Shown here: positions 1-7,805 of the stretch, one piece after another
Position numbering within the stretch: position 1 is the stretch's first letter
How the letters are laid out: every line of letters begins with the position of its first letter
Origin: a virus
Length of the DNA: 32,000 nt
IMG/VR virus record: IMGVR_UViG_3300042090_001664
Location: 50,333-82,332 of that record
Reading direction: 5' to 3' (one strand)
The notes under the pieces: generated by a model
Database searches by the model: none
Seen by the model: the letters and a program-made list of their open reading frames with translations, nothing else
Told to the model about the DNA's origin: nothing
Translations under genes and position numbers: made by a program

Positions 1-371
1 GCGATGTGGCGGGCCTCGACGACCCGCTCCGGGAGCTTCTCGAGGACGCGGTCGAGGTTGTCGAGCTCCGCGAGCGGGCCGTCGCCGTCGGTCGACGGGA
101 GTGCAGCGAAACGGGCCCAGACGCGGGTGAGGTTCGAGACAGCGAGGCCGAGCTGCTCCCATCGGCGGAGCGCTTCGGCGTTGTCGGCGTGGCTGCGGTA
201 GAAGGCGGCGAGCGCCTCCGGGACCGCCTCTTGGTAGAGGCGCAGCGCCTCGCGCATGATGTCGAGGCGCTGGTCGATGAGGCGCCAGTCGCAGGCGCTG
301 CACTCGCAGACGAGCGGCTGGTCGGTCCTGCGTTGCAGGCCGCAGGCGCGGCACTCGAAGACAGGGGTCAT
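1..371 (-). CDS. Hypothetical Cys-rich protein (3' end outside window)
   Basis: Open on the - strand from ATG at 371 (gaaggag RBS 6 nt upstream) to the window edge. Absent from the ORF track because no stop lies in the window. Translation MTPVFECRACGLQRRTDQPLVCECSACDW... has high GC3 and a zinc-ribbon-like Cys pattern. Confidence 0.6.
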   Translation of the reverse strand, partial: MTPVFECRACGLQRRTDQPLVCECSACDWRLIDQRLDIMREALRLYQEAVPEALAAFYRSHADNAEALRRWEQLGLAVSNLTRVWARFAALPSTDGDGPLAELDNLDRVLEKLPERVVEARHI

Positions 372-424
372 GGTGGCTCCTTCATGCTGGTAGTCTCGAA
401 TCATTAACATGCCTCCAACGCAGC

Positions 425-467
425 GACCCCCGCAGGCTACTCGAAAGCAGCCCCGGGGGTCGTGCGC
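425..467 (-). repeat. Hairpin-GCGCAC junction module, copy 1 of 14
   Basis: + strand gaccccc...gggggtc then gtgcgc. Lies between the stop at 479 and a ggagg. Confidence 0.8.
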
Positions 468-478
468 GCGGTCGTGGC

Positions 479-1207
479 TCAGAACGGGAGCGCGTCCGGG
501 TCGGCGGCTTCGGCCTCGGCGACATCGGTCTTGATGTCGCGCGGCGCGGGCGGCGGCGGAGCGGGCTGGTCCTCCATCGGCTGGTCGAGCGCGGCGGCGA
601 CCTGCTCCTCGGCGTACACCTTGGCGAGGAAGGTCCGCGCCATGGCCCGGTCGCCATTCGTGAGCTTCACGTAGCCCTCGAAGGTCTCGCGCACCTCGTC
701 GAGGAGGCGGTTGCGTTCGCGGCACGCCGCGTGGTCCTTCCAGATGTCCGCGGTCTCCTGCCGCACCTTGTCCATGTCCTTGTTGTACTTGGTGGTCGCG
801 GCGGTGTTCCGGTCGAGGATGTCCTTGCGGGTCTGGACGCTCGCCTTGATGGCGCCGAACTCCAGATCGGGGACGACGTCGATGAGCTTCTGCTCGTGCA
901 CCGCGACCGCGCGTGCGACGGAGAGCTCGGTCCGCCAGTCCTTGTCGATGAAGAGCGGCTTGAGGCGCAGGAAGGCCTCGAGATGCTCCTGCGTCTCGAA
1001 GCCGACCGTGCTGAACTTCTCGGTGCTCCAGACCTGGCGCTTCGGGACATCCCTCGGCTCGGGCGGTGGCATCTCGAGCACGGGCTTCTTCGGGAAGAGC
1101 ACGCCGCGCTCCATGAGCTCGACGTGCAGGTAGGCGTTCACCTGCTCCTCGGTCAGCGAGCCGCGCTGGCCCTCGGAGAGGTCGTAGTAGCGAGAGTATC
1201 GTTCCAT
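479..1207 (-). CDS. Hypothetical protein (242 aa)
   Basis: Track ORF with natural amino-acid composition and high GC3. An RBS precedes the ATG. Flanked by hairpin modules 1 and 2. Confidence 0.75.
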   Translation of the reverse strand: MERYSRYYDLSEGQRGSLTEEQVNAYLHVELMERGVLFPKKPVLEMPPPEPRDVPKRQVWSTEKFSTVGFETQEHLEAFLRLKPLFIDKDWRTELSVARAVAVHEQKLIDVVPDLEFGAIKASVQTRKDILDRNTAATTKYNKDMDKVRQETADIWKDHAACRERNRLLDEVRETFEGYVKLTNGDRAMARTFLAKVYAEEQVAAALDQPMEDQPAPPPPAPRDIKTDVAEAEAADPDALPF

Positions 1208-1231
1208 GGTGGTCGTCCCTTTCGACGCACG

Positions 1232-1268
1232 AACCCCGGCGGCTCAGAGGAGCCCCGGGGCGGTGCGC
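1232..1268 (-). repeat. Hairpin-GCGCAC junction module, copy 2
   Basis: + strand aaccccgg c ggctc-agag-gagcc ccgggg then cggtgcgc. Lies between the stop at 1291 and the RBS/ATG at 1207. Confidence 0.8.
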
Positions 1269-1290
1269 GTTGTCGTCCTGGCGAGCGAGT

Positions 1291-1851
1291 CTAACCCGGG
1301 TGGCGGTCCCAAGCGAGCAGCTCGGCGCCACGGAGGTCGAGGTAGTCTCGCTCGTCCTTCTCGGGACCGGCGGCGGTCATCACGTAGGCCCAGACGTGGC
1401 CAGGCTCGGGCTCGTACACGTTCCCGAGCGGCTCGCCTTCCGTGGCGCGCGCGAGGATGTGCTCGAAGCGCGCGCGGTCGTGGTAGCGGATCGCGCCACC
1501 GGCCCCGTGGATGCAGACCGGCCCGACGACGGAGCCGGCCTTCGTGCGCACGGTCACGTCCGCGTACGGGTCGGGCTTCGGTGGCCACGGCATGGGCCCG
1601 TGAACGTACTTGCGCGGCTCGCCCGAAGGCCCGAGCACGCCCGGCACGTCATCGACCGGAGGCTTCGTGTGGAAGCACTGGGCGCGCCGGTGCACGATGA
1701 AGCCGCCGACGGTGGCCGTTGTGGGCCGGCGGTTTGGGTCCGGATTGCAGTAGGTGCACGTGTGGTCCTTCGGATGGTCGTAGGCCCACTCGAGCGTGTA
1801 GTGACGGCGCCCTAGCCCGTCCGGGCCGGTGTCGTCGTACGTGACGAACAT
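1291..1851 (-). CDS. Hypothetical protein (186 aa)
   Basis: C-terminal part of track ORF 1291..2484. ATG at 1851 gives MFVTYDDTGPDG.... The upstream part of that ORF is Arg-rich out-of-frame read-through of the methyltransferase gene. Confidence 0.65.
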   Translation of the reverse strand: MFVTYDDTGPDGLGRRHYTLEWAYDHPKDHTCTYCNPDPNRRPTTATVGGFIVHRRAQCFHTKPPVDDVPGVLGPSGEPRKYVHGPMPWPPKPDPYADVTVRTKAGSVVGPVCIHGAGGAIRYHDRARFEHILARATEGEPLGNVYEPEPGHVWAYVMTAAGPEKDERDYLDLRGAELLAWDRHPG

Positions 1852-1856
1852 CGTGA

Positions 1857-2648
1857 TCACGTGCGCACCGTGACGAGGCAGGTCCGGACGCCGGTGCCGC
1901 TCTCCTCGAACGTGCCATCCGGTAGATCGACGACTCGAGACGTCGGGTACTCGGCGAGCTGCTCGCGGAGCTCGCACGAGGCGTGCGTCTGGCGGAACCT
2001 GAAGCCGGCCGAGACGACCGCGACGAGCCAGCCGCCGGGGCGCAGGAAGCGCAGCGCGTGGGCGACATGGAAGCAGTCGGCTTGCTGCGAAAATGGCGGA
2101 TTCATGAGCACGGCATCGAAGGCCCCGTGTGGCGCGAGCCCAAGGAAGTCGCGCTCGGGTAGCACGGAGAGGCCCGGCTGCCGCGCGAGGGTGGCAGCGC
2201 GCGCGGGGTCGCGCTCGCAGCACACGACGTGCGCGCCGGCGTCCCGCGCCGCCATGGCGATGCGGCCGAGCCCAGCGCTGGGCTCGAGGACGGCCTTGCC
2301 CGGTCCGACCCCGGCGAGCTCGCACATGCGCTTCGCGAGCGCCACCGGCGTCTCGAAGAAGTCGCCCGCGCGCGGGTTCGCAACGGAGCCAGTCAGGATC
2401 GCGGCCTCGATGCGCTCCGCAGCGTCCGTCCCTTCGGGGAAGACGTGCCCGCCGCCGGGGAGCGCCTTCGACGCCTTGGTCCACTTGCCGCCGAGCGCTT
2501 CGAGGATCTCGCTCAACGCCTGGTAGTCCTTGCGGTCGATCTGCTCGGTGTAGCGGAGCGCGACGTTACCCTTGCACGTGAAGCGCGAGAGGATATCGAG
2601 CACGCGGTCATCGACCTTGAGCTGGTCGCCCTTCGTTCGTCTGGCCAT
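1857..2648 (-). CDS. N6-adenine (amino) DNA methyltransferase
   Basis: Track ORF 1857..2693 trimmed to ATG 2648 (gaaagga RBS). SAM-binding motif I-like VLEPSAGLGRI is followed by catalytic motif IV NPPF. Confidence 0.85.
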   Translation of the reverse strand: MARRTKGDQLKVDDRVLDILSRFTCKGNVALRYTEQIDRKDYQALSEILEALGGKWTKASKALPGGGHVFPEGTDAAERIEAAILTGSVANPRAGDFFETPVALAKRMCELAGVGPGKAVLEPSAGLGRIAMAARDAGAHVVCCERDPARAATLARQPGLSVLPERDFLGLAPHGAFDAVLMNPPFSQQADCFHVAHALRFLRPGGWLVAVVSAGFRFRQTHASCELREQLAEYPTSRVVDLPDGTFEESGTGVRTCLVTVRT

Positions 2649-2800
2649 GGTGGTCCTTTCTGGTTGGAAGAGAATGGGAGCCGACCCGGGCAAGAACCCC
2701 CGGCCATATCGCTTGCGCCCCGAGCTTCACCGGGCCCCGCCTTTCGACGGCCGGTCACGCGGCCCGCGCCGCGCGGAGGCTCAGAGACTCCCGACGCCAC

Positions 2801-2837
2801 GACCTCGGCGAGGCTGGTGCCTCCCGAGGTCGTGCGC
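2801..2837 (-). repeat. Hairpin-GCGCAC junction module, copy 3 (variant stem GACCTCGG)
   Basis: gacctcgg...ccgaggtc then gtgcgc, immediately after the stop at 2839. Here ~150 nt of non-coding sequence separate it from the next gene. Confidence 0.7.
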
Positions 2838-2838
2838 G

Positions 2839-3282
2839 TCATGCGTTCTCGACGCCCCACCATGCGCCGTGCTCGTCGGAGCCGTGCGAGGTGACCTTGA
2901 CGTTGTACCGGCGGAAGAGGTCGTCCCAGTCGTCGAGCAGGAAGCCGAACGCGGACCATCCATTCTCGCGATGGCCGAGCAGCCATAGCTCGGAGCCGCG
3001 GAACCGAACGAAGCCCGGCGCGAGCAGGCGCGCGGGGCGCTTCGGCGGAACGCTGGAGCGAAGCGCCGCGATCTTGTCGTTCGCCTCGCGTAGCTGGCGC
3101 CGGAGTTCGGCGACGCGAGCAGCATGGCCCGCGAAGTCGCATGCCATCTCGAACGCGCGCTCGTTGTCCGCCTGGTCGTTCGGGGTGACGAGGATCTTGA
3201 GCTTGTCGGTGTTGAAGCCCGAGCTCCGCGCCCCGCGGGCGTCGCCGCAGTAGGTCGTGACGGCCTCGATGGTCTGGTCCAT
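2839..3282 (-). CDS. Hypothetical protein (147 aa)
   Basis: Track ORF with an aggagg RBS upstream of the ATG and natural composition. No domain recognised. Confidence 0.75.
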   Translation of the reverse strand: MDQTIEAVTTYCGDARGARSSGFNTDKLKILVTPNDQADNERAFEMACDFAGHAARVAELRRQLREANDKIAALRSSVPPKRPARLLAPGFVRFRGSELWLLGHRENGWSAFGFLLDDWDDLFRRYNVKVTSHGSDEHGAWWGVENA

Positions 3283-3301
3283 TGTGTCCTCCTGACGCAG
3301 C

Positions 3302-3335
3302 GACCCGGGCGACCTTGCGGCCCCCGGGCGTGCGC
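3302..3335 (-). repeat. Hairpin-GCGCAC junction module, copy 4
   Basis: gacccggg...cccggg c then gtgcgc. Stop at 3337 and aggagg RBS of 3282. Confidence 0.8.
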
Positions 3336-3336
3336 A

Positions 3337-3858
3337 TCATGCCGCAAGTGCGGCTTCGGCTTGCTCGAACAGATCGGCGAGGCCTTCATCGTACAGCGGC
3401 CCGACCTTGACCGGGAAGATGATGGCCACAAGCCCGTCGCCGGGCTTGACCTCGGTCTCGCGCGAACGCAGGTCGAGGCCGCCGCGGTGCTGGCCGCAGA
3501 CCCACCGGATGGCGAGCACCGGCCCCGCGTCGCGGAGGCTGAGCGAGGCCGTGACCTCCGGGAACTTCCGGGTCACGCGCGCGACCTCCGCGAGCTTCGC
3601 CCGAGGGATCACTACGTTGTGCCCCTCGACGCCGATCGCGATGTGCTTCTGCGCGCTGTCGGCGACGATTGGCCCGAACAGCGGCGCCACGTCGAAGCTG
3701 ACGCCGTTGTCCTCGCGCTTCGCGGTGGAGATGAGCTCCGCGACCGCGTCGCGGCACGCCTTCGCCCGCGCGGCCTGGTTCTCGCGCGCGGTCGCAGCCT
3801 GCGCGGTCTGCTTCGCCGCGCGGTCGGCAGCGAAGTCGTCGCTCCCGTCGGCGCTCAC
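3337..3858 (-). CDS. Hypothetical protein (173 aa)
   Basis: Last 173 codons of track ORF 3337..4221. GTG at 3858 overlaps the upstream TGA (GTGA). The remainder of the track ORF is Arg-rich and conflicts with the 3855..4061 gene. Confidence 0.55.
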   Translation of the reverse strand: MSADGSDDFAADRAAKQTAQAATARENQAARAKACRDAVAELISTAKREDNGVSFDVAPLFGPIVADSAQKHIAIGVEGHNVVIPRAKLAEVARVTRKFPEVTASLSLRDAGPVLAIRWVCGQHRGGLDLRSRETEVKPGDGLVAIIFPVKVGPLYDEGLADLFEQAEAALAA

Positions 3859-4061
3859 AGGCCACGCCGCAGCTTGCGCGCGACCCTCATGTAAAGCCGG
3901 CGCTGCTCGAGCGGCTCGTGACCCTTGCGCGCGGCGCGGGTGAGCGCCTCGGCGGTCTCGCCCGGGTCGAAGCCCTGCGTCGCGAACAGGCTGAGCACGA
4001 GCTTCTCGGTGAACGTCCAGTGGCGCTTCCGCGGCGCCCTCTCCTCGGTTGTGGTCGACAT
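3855..4061 (-). CDS. Small basic hypothetical protein (68 aa)
   Basis: Track ORF 3855..4079 trimmed to ATG 4061 (gggagg RBS). Begins MSTTTEERAPRKRHWTF.... Confidence 0.65.
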   Translation of the reverse strand: MSTTTEERAPRKRHWTFTEKLVLSLFATQGFDPGETAEALTRAARKGHEPLEQRRLYMRVARKLRRGL

Positions 4062-4075
4062 GGTGTGACCTCCCT

Positions 4076-4315
4076 TCAACGGCTCGACCCCGGCGGAGCA
4101 CGGAGGCTCCCCGGGGTCGTGCGCGGCGTGCAGTCGGCGACCGCCTCGGCGAGGGCCTCTTCCGCGGGCTTGAAGGCCGCCTCGGCGAATTCCTCGGCGA
4201 CTTCCGCCGCGACCAGATCATCGACGAACGATTCGGCCGTCTTGAAGCCTGGGGTTCGGGTGGGAATGAGGGAGCATACGAGCGTACGAAACCGGGCGTT
4301 CATGTCTTCGTTCAT
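4076..4315 (-). CDS. Small acidic hypothetical protein (79 aa)
   Basis: ATG at 4315 with a ggagg RBS; this is the tail of track ORF 4076..4804. The last ~15 codons read through hairpin module 5. The stop is the TGA inside the gttgaagg motif. Confidence 0.45.
   Translation of the reverse strand: MNEDMNARFRTLVCSLIPTRTPGFKTAESFVDDLVAAEVAEEFAEAAFKPAEEALAEAVADCTPRTTPGSLRAPPGSSR
4086..4124 (-). repeat. Hairpin-GCGCAC junction module, copy 5
   Basis: gaccccgg...ccggggtc then gtgcgc. Lies inside the 3' end of CDS 4076..4315. Confidence 0.8.
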
Positions 4316-4333
4316 GGGAGCCTCCAACGCCGC

Positions 4334-4369
4334 GACCCCGCCGGCTCCGAAGAGCCGCGGGGTGGGCGC
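4334..4369 (-). repeat. Hairpin-GCGCAC junction module, copy 6 (variant GCGCCC)
   Basis: gaccccgc c ggctc-cgaa-gagcc gcggggt then gggcgc. Stop at 4372, ggagg, ATG 4315. Confidence 0.7.
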
Positions 4370-4371
4370 GT

Positions 4372-4467
4372 TCAGCGGTAGACCGACGGGGAGAAGTAGA
4401 GCAGCGCCGCGAGGGCGGCGCCGACGACGAGCGCCGCGACGTACAGGAAGACGCCGCGCCGGGTCAC
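4372..4467 (-). CDS. Possible 31-aa single-pass membrane peptide
   Basis: GTG at 4467 overlaps the upstream TGA (GTGA). Sequence TRRGVFLYVAALVVGAALAALLYFSPSVYR is one hydrophobic helix. It is the tail of track ORF 4372..4623. Confidence 0.35.
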   Translation of the reverse strand: MTRRGVFLYVAALVVGAALAALLYFSPSVYR

Positions 4468-4832
4468 GTGGCAGCTCGTTCGGCGGTGCGGCTGCCGTAG
4501 CAGGCGTCCGCGCCGTGCTCCTCGAAGAGCTCGACCACCCGAGCGGCGACCGCTTCTTCCGCGGTGCGCTTGCTCGCGAACGGCTTGCCGCCGCCGACTG
4601 CGGCGGCGCGAACCTGCGTGCATCCGGCGCGGCCGACGTAGACGAACCAGGCGCGCAGCGTGGTGCCGGAGTCGATCGGCTCCCGGCGCACGTCGTAATG
4701 CCCCGCGAGGATGTGCAGGTCTTCGAGGCTAAGCCCGTCGGGCGGCGGCTCGGTGTCGTCGGGTGGGTCGCCCTGGTCCGTGGTGTCCGTGGTGAGCCAG
4801 GCATCGAAGCCGGCCGGGAGCTCGCCGGTCAC
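4464..4832 (-). CDS. Hypothetical protein (122 aa)
   Basis: Track ORF. The GTG start overlaps the upstream TGA (GTGA). Acidic/Pro-rich N-terminus and high GC3. Confidence 0.7.
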   Translation of the reverse strand: MTGELPAGFDAWLTTDTTDQGDPPDDTEPPPDGLSLEDLHILAGHYDVRREPIDSGTTLRAWFVYVGRAGCTQVRAAAVGGGKPFASKRTAEEAVAARVVELFEEHGADACYGSRTAERAAT

Positions 4833-5065
4833 GACGTCACCGTGAATGTGGCGAGGAAAGCTCGCATGTTGGCGATCGCCTCGTCGTAATCGCGCTGTTT
4901 GTAGAGCATCTGCGATAGAGCGCGCGCCGCCTCAGCTTCCGTGAGCTCGAGCGGCGGCCCACCAGTTTGCTTCTCGAATCCGATCAGTTCGTACAGGCCA
5001 GGGAAGTCGCCTGGTTTGAACTTCGGGTAGAGCGTGTTGAGCGGGAAAGCCTTCTTCTGTTGCAT
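4829..5065 (-). CDS. Hypothetical protein (78 aa)
   Basis: Track ORF with an aggagg RBS upstream of the ATG and natural composition. Confidence 0.75.
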   Translation of the reverse strand: MQQKKAFPLNTLYPKFKPGDFPGLYELIGFEKQTGGPPLELTEAEAARALSQMLYKQRDYDEAIANMRAFLATFTVTS

Positions 5066-5084
5066 GATGTCCTCCTAGCGCAGA

Positions 5085-5117
5085 ACCCCCGCAGCCTTGC
5101 GGCCCGGGGGTGTGCGC
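5085..5117 (-). repeat. Hairpin-GCGCAC junction module, copy 7
   Basis: aaccccc...gggggt then gtgcgc. Stop at 5119 and aggagg RBS of 5065. Confidence 0.8.
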
Positions 5118-5118
5118 T

Positions 5119-5349
5119 TCACGTGATCTCGATGCGCCCGTCCAGCAAGGCGTTCTCGATGCCCTGGACCTGGTCGGCCCCGCAGTCCTCGCACGGGTAG
5201 CCCTCCGCGTCGGGCTCGGTGTCCCGCACCGGGATGGCGCCGCACGCGAGGCACACGCCATCGTAGCTCTCGCAGTGCTCGTTGTACTCGGCTTCCGTCA
5301 TCGTGGCGACGACGCGGGATGGCTTGGTGACGGTAGCTGTCGTGGTCAT
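5119..5349 (-). CDS. Small zinc-ribbon-like protein (76 aa)
   Basis: Track ORF with two CxxC pairs (CLAC ... CEDC). ATGA overlap with the upstream gene. Confidence 0.7.
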   Translation of the reverse strand: MTTTATVTKPSRVVATMTEAEYNEHCESYDGVCLACGAIPVRDTEPDAEGYPCEDCGADQVQGIENALLDGRIEIT

Positions 5350-5552
5350 CGTGAAACCCTCCTGCGCCGTGGCGCTTCGATGATGTGGTCGCCGCGCTGG
5401 ATCGTCCAGGCAACTTCCTCGGCGAGCTCCGGGTGCTTCGGGCTGAGGAGCTCACGCAGCGACGCGAGCGAGACCGTGTCGACGTCGGCGCGGTCCCAGC
5501 CGAGCGCGTCGGCGCACCGCCGCTTCAGCTGCTCGAGGTCCGGGCCGCTCAC
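5346..5552 (-). CDS. Hypothetical protein (68 aa)
   Basis: Track ORF. The GTG start overlaps the upstream TGA, and its own stop overlaps the next ATG. Confidence 0.65.
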   Translation of the reverse strand: MSGPDLEQLKRRCADALGWDRADVDTVSLASLRELLSPKHPELAEEVAWTIQRGDHIIEAPRRRRVSR

Positions 5553-5908
5553 CGGCGCCCCTTGGCGCGCAGCGCGACGAAGAAGACGCAGCCGAGCACG
5601 AGCACCTCACAGAGCGCGTGCCCGAGGCTGTGCCGGAAGCCGACGACGTGCGCGACGCGGCCGATGAGCCACGAGCACCCGATCGCGAAGGCGAGCGCGG
5701 TCACGGCGAGCTCGCTCGGGAAGCGGCGGAGCGGGTGCGCGATGCGGTACGCGCGCGCGTGCTCGTCGCAGAGCGCGCGGTCCGTCATCCCCCGCATGCG
5801 CGGGTCGGGGATCAGGGTCGTCCATCGGCGCTCGCAGCCGCTCTCGTGGTCGCATGTGTCGTCGTCGGTCTCGGGTTGCGCGAGGCGCGCATCATGGTCG
5901 TTTCGCAT
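5549..5908 (-). CDS. Hypothetical membrane protein (119 aa)
   Basis: Track ORF 5549..5974 trimmed to ATG 5908 (aggagg RBS). Two hydrophobic segments lie in the C-terminal half. Confidence 0.6.
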   Translation of the reverse strand: MRNDHDARLAQPETDDDTCDHESGCERRWTTLIPDPRMRGMTDRALCDEHARAYRIAHPLRRFPSELAVTALAFAIGCSWLIGRVAHVVGFRHSLGHALCEVLVLGCVFFVALRAKGRR

Positions 5909-5928
5909 GGGTTCCTCCTGACGCCGAA

Positions 5929-5964
5929 GCCCGGACAGGCTTGGAAGCCTTCCGGGTCGGCGCT
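5929..5964 (-). repeat. Hairpin junction module, copy 8 (diverged: AGCGCC)
   Basis: gcccgga c aggct-tgga-agcct tccgggt then cggcgct. Stop at 5967 and aggagg RBS of 5908. Confidence 0.6.
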
Positions 5965-5966
5965 GG

Positions 5967-6419
5967 TCACGCACACTCGACGGGAGCGGCGAGGCTTGCC
6001 GGCAGCTTGCCGGCGAATTGCTGATCGACGATGTTGCGCATCCACGTGGTCGTGAAGCTCACGAGGTCGTACTGGATCCGCCGGTTCTCCCTCGTCGGCT
6101 TGCCCTTCTCGTCGAACACGATGGCGACCTGGTAGAGGCCGACCGCGTGCTGTTCGTACGTGACAGGGTACCACTCGCCGGTCTCGGGGCGCCGCCAGTA
6201 GGTGATCTCCGGGTCGCTCATGAGGTCGCCGTTCTGCTCGTAGCGGTGCGCGACCGCGATCATCCCGGGCCCGATGTACTCGACCCCGAGCGCCATGATG
6301 CCGGCGCCGCCGTTGTCGATCTTGCGGTGGTGGCGCGCGTCCTCGTCGCCGAAGTCGTCCGAGAGTCCGGACACGAGAACGTCGAGCACGCGCTGCGCAG
6401 TCTTGGAAACGGGTTTCAT
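5967..6419 (-). CDS. Hypothetical protein (150 aa)
   Basis: Track ORF with an aggagg RBS and globular-looking composition (…AVAHRYEQNGDLMSDPEITYW…). Family not confidently recognised. Confidence 0.8.
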   Translation of the reverse strand: MKPVSKTAQRVLDVLVSGLSDDFGDEDARHHRKIDNGGAGIMALGVEYIGPGMIAVAHRYEQNGDLMSDPEITYWRRPETGEWYPVTYEQHAVGLYQVAIVFDEKGKPTRENRRIQYDLVSFTTTWMRNIVDQQFAGKLPASLAAPVECA

Positions 6420-6441
6420 CGTAGGAACCTCCTAACGGCTC

Positions 6442-6475
6442 GACCCCCGCACCGTTGCCGGTCGGGGGCGTGCGC
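6442..6475 (-). repeat. Hairpin-GCGCAC junction module, copy 9
   Basis: gaccccc...gggggc then gtgcgc. Stop at 6479 and aggagg RBS of 6419. Confidence 0.8.
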
Positions 6476-6478
6476 ATC

Positions 6479-6949
6479 CTACTTGAGCAGGCCGAGATCC
6501 CGGAAGCTCGCGAAGCGCCCGGTCGAGCCGAGCACCACGTGGTCGAGCAGCTGGATCCCGAGCAGCTTGCCCGCGTCGGCGACCTTCGCGGTCATGTGCC
6601 GATCCTCCGGGCTTGGCGTCTCGTCGCCGCTCGGGTGGTTGTGGGCGAGAATGATCGCGGTGCACCCGGTCACGATCGGCGTGCGGAAGATCGTGGCGAT
6701 GTCCGTCGAGCAGGACCCGAGCGCGCCGCGCGCGACCTCGGTCATGCACACGACCATGTTCGCGTTGTTCATGCCGACCACGTACATGACCTCAACGACC
6801 TCTTGCACGATGCGCGGGCCGAGTAGCATCGCGATGTCGATCGATGTGGCGATCGGCTTCGCGGCGGCCGCGCGCTCGCTGGTCATCGCAGGCTCACGCA
6901 GGTAGACCGTCCACCCGGGCTCGAGGCAGTCGCTGTAACGTTGTCGCAT
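6479..6949 (-). CDS. radC: RadC-like JAB/MPN domain protein
   Basis: Track ORF 6479..7051 trimmed to ATG 6949. Carries the JAMM motif ILAHNHPSGDETPSPEDRHMT (HxHPSG..S..D) characteristic of the RadC family. Confidence 0.9.
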   Translation of the reverse strand: MRQRYSDCLEPGWTVYLREPAMTSERAAAAKPIATSIDIAMLLGPRIVQEVVEVMYVVGMNNANMVVCMTEVARGALGSCSTDIATIFRTPIVTGCTAIILAHNHPSGDETPSPEDRHMTAKVADAGKLLGIQLLDHVVLGSTGRFASFRDLGLLK

Positions 6950-6967
6950 GGCATCCTCCGACGCGAC

Positions 6968-7002
6968 GACCCCGGCGGGCCGAAGCCCCCGGGGTCGTGC
7001 GC
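6968..7002 (-). repeat. Hairpin-GCGCAC junction module, copy 10
   Basis: gaccccgg...ccggggtc then gtgcgc. Stop at 7011 and ggagg RBS of 6949. Confidence 0.8.
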
Positions 7003-7010
7003 TGTTTGCT

Positions 7011-7721
7011 TCACGCGGCGGCGGTCGCCGGCGCGGCGGGGAACCACGCATCCAGCCAGTAGCCGGCGCACTCCTCCGTTCCGCTCGCGGCGTAGTCGGC
7101 GAGCCCCTTGACCGCGTCCGCCTGTTCGACCGCGATGTAATCGCCGACTTTCGTGCTGTTCTGCTTCAGCGTGAACACGTGGATTACTTCCACGCCGTCG
7201 GCGGCGAGCTCCGCGCCGAGCTGCTTCGCCCGGTCGGGCTCCTCGGCGAGCAGCTTGCTGAAGCCGAGCACGAGCACGCGCCCGGGCGCGCACGCGTGCA
7301 CGTCGGCGCGGCCGACCTTGCCGCTGGTCCCGAGGTTGCGATACCCGGTGACCTTGCTGGCGATCGTCGCCGGCGACCACATCCCGCGCGACGGCTGCAT
7401 GATGCGGCAGTCGAGCACGTGCGCGACGTCGAGCGCCGCGCACATGCGGCCGAGATGTTCGGGATTCGGCAACGATCGTTGCCCGATGGTGAACACGAGC
7501 CGCGACGGCGTCGTGGCGCGGGTCGCGCTCGGGGGCGGCGCGGGCGTCGGCGCAGGGGCCGGCGGAGGCGTGGCGGCCGCTTGCGGCGCCGGAGCGGGCG
7601 ATGGTGCGGCCTTCGGCGCGCGCGGCGCCTTCGGTGCGGGAGCGCTCGCGGGCGCCTGGGGCGCGCCCGTTGCGGCGAGCAGTGCCGCGCGTGTTGCGTT
7701 TCTGTCGTGCTTCTTGGACAT
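7011..7721 (-). CDS. Hypothetical protein with Pro/Ala-rich linker; C-terminal domain weakly DUF488-like
   Basis: Track ORF trimmed to ATG 7721. The N-terminal ~80 aa are a PAPAP-type low-complexity linker. The C-terminal LVFTIGQRSL...LDVAHVLDCR resembles the DUF488 TIGHS...DVR pattern; this is a weak call from memory. Confidence 0.65.
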   Translation of the reverse strand: MSKKHDRNATRAALLAATGAPQAPASAPAPKAPRAPKAAPSPAPAPQAAATPPPAPAPTPAPPPSATRATTPSRLVFTIGQRSLPNPEHLGRMCAALDVAHVLDCRIMQPSRGMWSPATIASKVTGYRNLGTSGKVGRADVHACAPGRVLVLGFSKLLAEEPDRAKQLGAELAADGVEVIHVFTLKQNSTKVGDYIAVEQADAVKGLADYAASGTEECAGYWLDAWFPAAPATAAA

Positions 7722-7745
7722 GTGGACCCTACCTTTCAACGCGTC

Positions 7746-7781
7746 GACCCCGGCGACCCTTGCGGGCCCCGGGGGATGCGC
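7746..7781 (-). repeat. Hairpin junction module, copy 11 (variant GCGCAT)
   Basis: gaccccgg...ccggggg then atgcgc. Lies between the stop at 7806 and the RBS of 7721. Confidence 0.7.
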
Positions 7782-7805
7782 GTTGTCGGTCGGGCGAGGC
7801 GAGGC

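Noticed and set aside
372-410. Alternative upstream ATG (410) for the first partial gene, in frame with ATG 371
   Set aside because: The GGAGG is only 1 nt from ATG 410, and the 13 extra codons are AT-rich and atypical. ATG 371 has a well-spaced gaaggag RBS.
1852-2484. N-terminal 211 codons of track ORF 1291..2484
   Set aside because: This Arg-rich sequence is read out of frame across the methyltransferase gene (1857..2648). The protein-like part starts only at ATG 1851.
2649-2800. Unusually long (about 150 nt) spacer between hairpin copy 3 and the methyltransferase start, as a hidden small gene or internal promoter
   Set aside because: There is no ORF with protein-like composition and no convincing -35/-10 pair. 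It may be the scar of a deleted gene, but nothing can be supported from sequence alone.
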